This document shows, piece by piece, positions 61,352 through 64,000 of a DNA stretch of 64,000 bases (position 1 is the first letter of the stretch; the number at the start of each line of letters is the position of its first letter). The notes beneath the pieces were generated by a model. It was not told where the DNA came from. It did not search any database and saw nothing but the letters and a program-made list of their open reading frames with translations. The position numbers were made by a program, and so were the translations under genes. The DNA comes from Vicugna vicugna (Eukaryota), in assembly GCA_013265495.1 (NCBI GenBank), contig MU058252.1:1708244-1772243 (forward strand), written 5' to 3'.

Positions 61352-63159
61352 AGAACATCCCATTGAAATAAATGATAGTTATAAAAGGGTCCTCTCTGAG
61401 GGAGGGGTGCAAAATTTCCAAAAACAAGGCAAAGAATGGCTTTATCTTTTAAAGAAAGAACTCTAGATGTTTTCTTAAGAAACAGTTTAAACCAAATCAG
61501 TTTTACTAGTTAATTTTGGACCAAATATGGTATTAGTTTACCTTAAAACAACTCAGAATGGCTTTTAGTTGCTTCTAAAGATCACGTATCCACTCAAAGC
61601 CCAAGGATTTGGCTCCATGAAAGATGCTATAGTGGCTTGAGGGCTGTTCCAACAGGAAGTTTAAACCTGGACGGCGCCGTTGCAGCACCAGAGGGGTGTG
61701 CTTAGAAGCACCAAAGGGTGTGCTCTGAAGTGACCAAAACTCAGACACATGAATTCAAGTACAGTCTTCCCACCACACAACCCACAAAGATTCAATTGAT
61801 AATTGAAATAAGCAGTTTATTTAGGCCTGGAGTGAAAACGGGGTTGAGATGCAAAATTAACGCATTGACTTATAAGTTGGAGAGAGAGTGTCTAAGCATT
61901 TCTATGTGTGCTGTATAGTTTTTCATTAAGTCAGTTTAGGTCTCTGTAGTATTAAATTATTTCTTAAGACTTGGTTGGGCAGTAGAGCTGAGGGGAAGGT
62001 GTTCCAGTGTCCCGTCCTGTGAATTTCCAAAGACGTGGCAGGAGTGGCCCTGGACTTAGTTTATCATTCTTTCCACGATGCCCGGCAAAGTATGAACGAC
62101 GCGTCTCACCGGCAAGGCTGATTTTTCACTTGCGTTAAATTCAGCCCAAACATACACTATTGAGCACCTTATGAGGGCTAGAAGCCTCTTGTTTCAGGCC
62201 TGCCCCCACCTACCGTTGTGGCCCATTACGCGCCGTCCTGGGCGTCAGCGTCAGTGGAACTGGATGTGGGGTTATTAGGACTCACTGGCCATCAAAGTTC
62301 CTTGCCCATTTTAACAATCACGTGAACAGGGTGTCACCGGTGCTATTTTTGTTGCTTCGCCACCTCCTTTCACCCATCCAGTGACAGCAGCGTGTGTACC
62401 TCCCAAATATCCAGGAAAACGCCTGTTCTAGCTTTGCAAACTGTAAGATGGTCCCAGTGTCATCTCAGGTCCTTCTACGTTCCTCGATGTTACGGAAAAC
62501 ATGATGAGAGTGATCTAGGTTCTAAAATAATCAAAGCACAGCCAAGCTGACACCTCCTGTGTTGATTTCCACGCCTCTTCTCTGATTGCCTCCCCCTGCT
62601 CCTTTCTGATTCACCACAATTCCAGCGTCTGGGCTGACCATCCAAGCTGCCGGACTGCTCAGTCCACAAGCTGAGTCCTGTGGATTTGCTTGCCTTCCAC
62701 ACTGACTGCAGAAAGGAGCTCAGCAAGGAGCACATTCTGGGGCGCACCTGGGCATCCTGTGCCCGTGAGGCCTTCAGAACGGAACACCACACTTGCTCCC
62801 AAATCTTGACCTGGTGGTTCCCTGTCTAGCCTCCCAGGTGACCCCTGTTATTACTAGTCCTGGGTCTCAGCAGTGACTGAGGGGTGTCGTTTAAAACAGA
62901 AAAGGTGGGCGAGCTTTCTGAGCTGGGGGCTCCCCTCTGTGTGGCCATCTGTCTGCCTTTCCCCTCCCCATGCCTCTCATCCTTATCTGGATAAAAGTCA
63001 GCTCTCGACACTCCCCTTGTGTGGGAGCCGTCTGCACCACTGATGAAACATCCTGAGCTGAGCATCAATAGATATTCCTCTGCTCCTAATTCATCACACG
63101 GGGACTGGCTTCCCAAATCGATTTCCGGATTTTTTTTTAAAACTCTAACTCATGACGGG

Positions 63160-64000
63160 CAGCAAAATAAAAAATAGACAAATGGGACTATATCAAACTT
63201 AAAAACTTCTGCGTGTCAGAGGAAGCAATCAAGAGTGAAAGGTGACCTACGGGATGGGGGAAAATAATTGCAAAGGGTTACCAGCTGGAATGTATAAGGA
63301 AACTCTACAACTCAACGACAAAACCCCAAGGAACTTAATTTAAAAATGGGCAAAGGACTAGAATAGATGGTCTCTGAGGAACACGCAGAGATGGTTAATA
63401 AGCATGTGAAAGACACCCCACACTACAAATTGTTAGAGAAATGCAAATCAAAACCACAGTGAGGTCACCTCACACCTTTCAGCGTGGCCGCCACCAAAAG
63501 AACAGAAAGCTCCCAGTGCTGGCAAGGAGGCAGAGAAGCTGGGGCCCCGTGCTCTGTTGGGAGGAATGTAAAATGGTGCGGTCATATGGAACACAGTATG
63601 GAGTTCATTAAAAATTTTCTAGCTGGCACCACCATGTGCCCCAGTAATCCCACTGCTGGGTATTCATTCAAAAGAACTGAAATCAGGATCTCAAAGAGAT
63701 GTTTGTACATCCATGTTTATTGCAGCATTTTCACAATTAAGAGGTGGAAACAACCCCAATGTTCATTGACAGATGAATGAATAAACAGAATGTGGCACCC
63801 ACGCACAATGGAATACTATACAGCCTTAAAGAGGAAGGATATTCTGACACCTGCTACAACATGGATGAAACTTGAAGACATTATGGTAAGTGAAATAAGC
63901 CAGCCACAAAAGGACAAATATTTATACGAGGCATCTGAAGTAGTCAAAATCATAGAAACAGAAAAGAGAATGGTTACCAAGGCCTGAGTGGGGAAGGAAG
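63160..64000 (+). mobile_element. L1MA/MB-type ORF2 3' region, runs off the window
   Basis: atagacaaatgggactatatcaaacttaaaaacttctg...aaatgcaaatcaaaaccaca...acaacatggatgaaacttgaagacattatg; frameshifted. Confidence 0.9.

Noticed and set aside
1..64000. Inferring a host-gene direction from repeat strand bias
   Set aside because: L1s lean to the minus strand but LTRs and L1s occur in both orientations; counts are too small to call.

Overview
Mammalian non-coding genomic DNA, very probably camelid (alpaca/camel lineage): it carries seven copies of a tRNA(Ala)-derived SINE resembling camelid Vic-1, plus artiodactyl-type L1 3' ends. I recognise no protein-coding gene, RNA gene, CRISPR array or intact transposon ORF. 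The only protein-like ORFs are decayed L1 ORF2 C-termini and reading frames that stay open through tandem repeats. The window is a mosaic of L1, L2 and MIR fragments, solo LTRs (MaLR, ERVL, ERV1) in both orientations, hAT MITEs, a 30 x 21-bp GC-rich minisatellite, a ~270-bp (GAT)-based triplet repeat and a recent 293-bp tandem duplication. Between these lie non-repetitive CpG-rich or homeodomain-motif-rich blocks that look regulatory, so it is probably intergenic or deep intronic. I found no convincing previously undescribed biological system. The most interesting signals are retrotransposition mechanics (a TSD-bounded chimera of a young L1 and an ancient L1M 3' end, and a textbook twin-primed L1), a structured VNTR, an apparent CpG/CACGTG gain suggesting GC-biased gene conversion, and a few candidate regulatory modules and unannotated exons. 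Repeat family names come from memory of consensus sequences and need RepeatMasker/Dfam confirmation.
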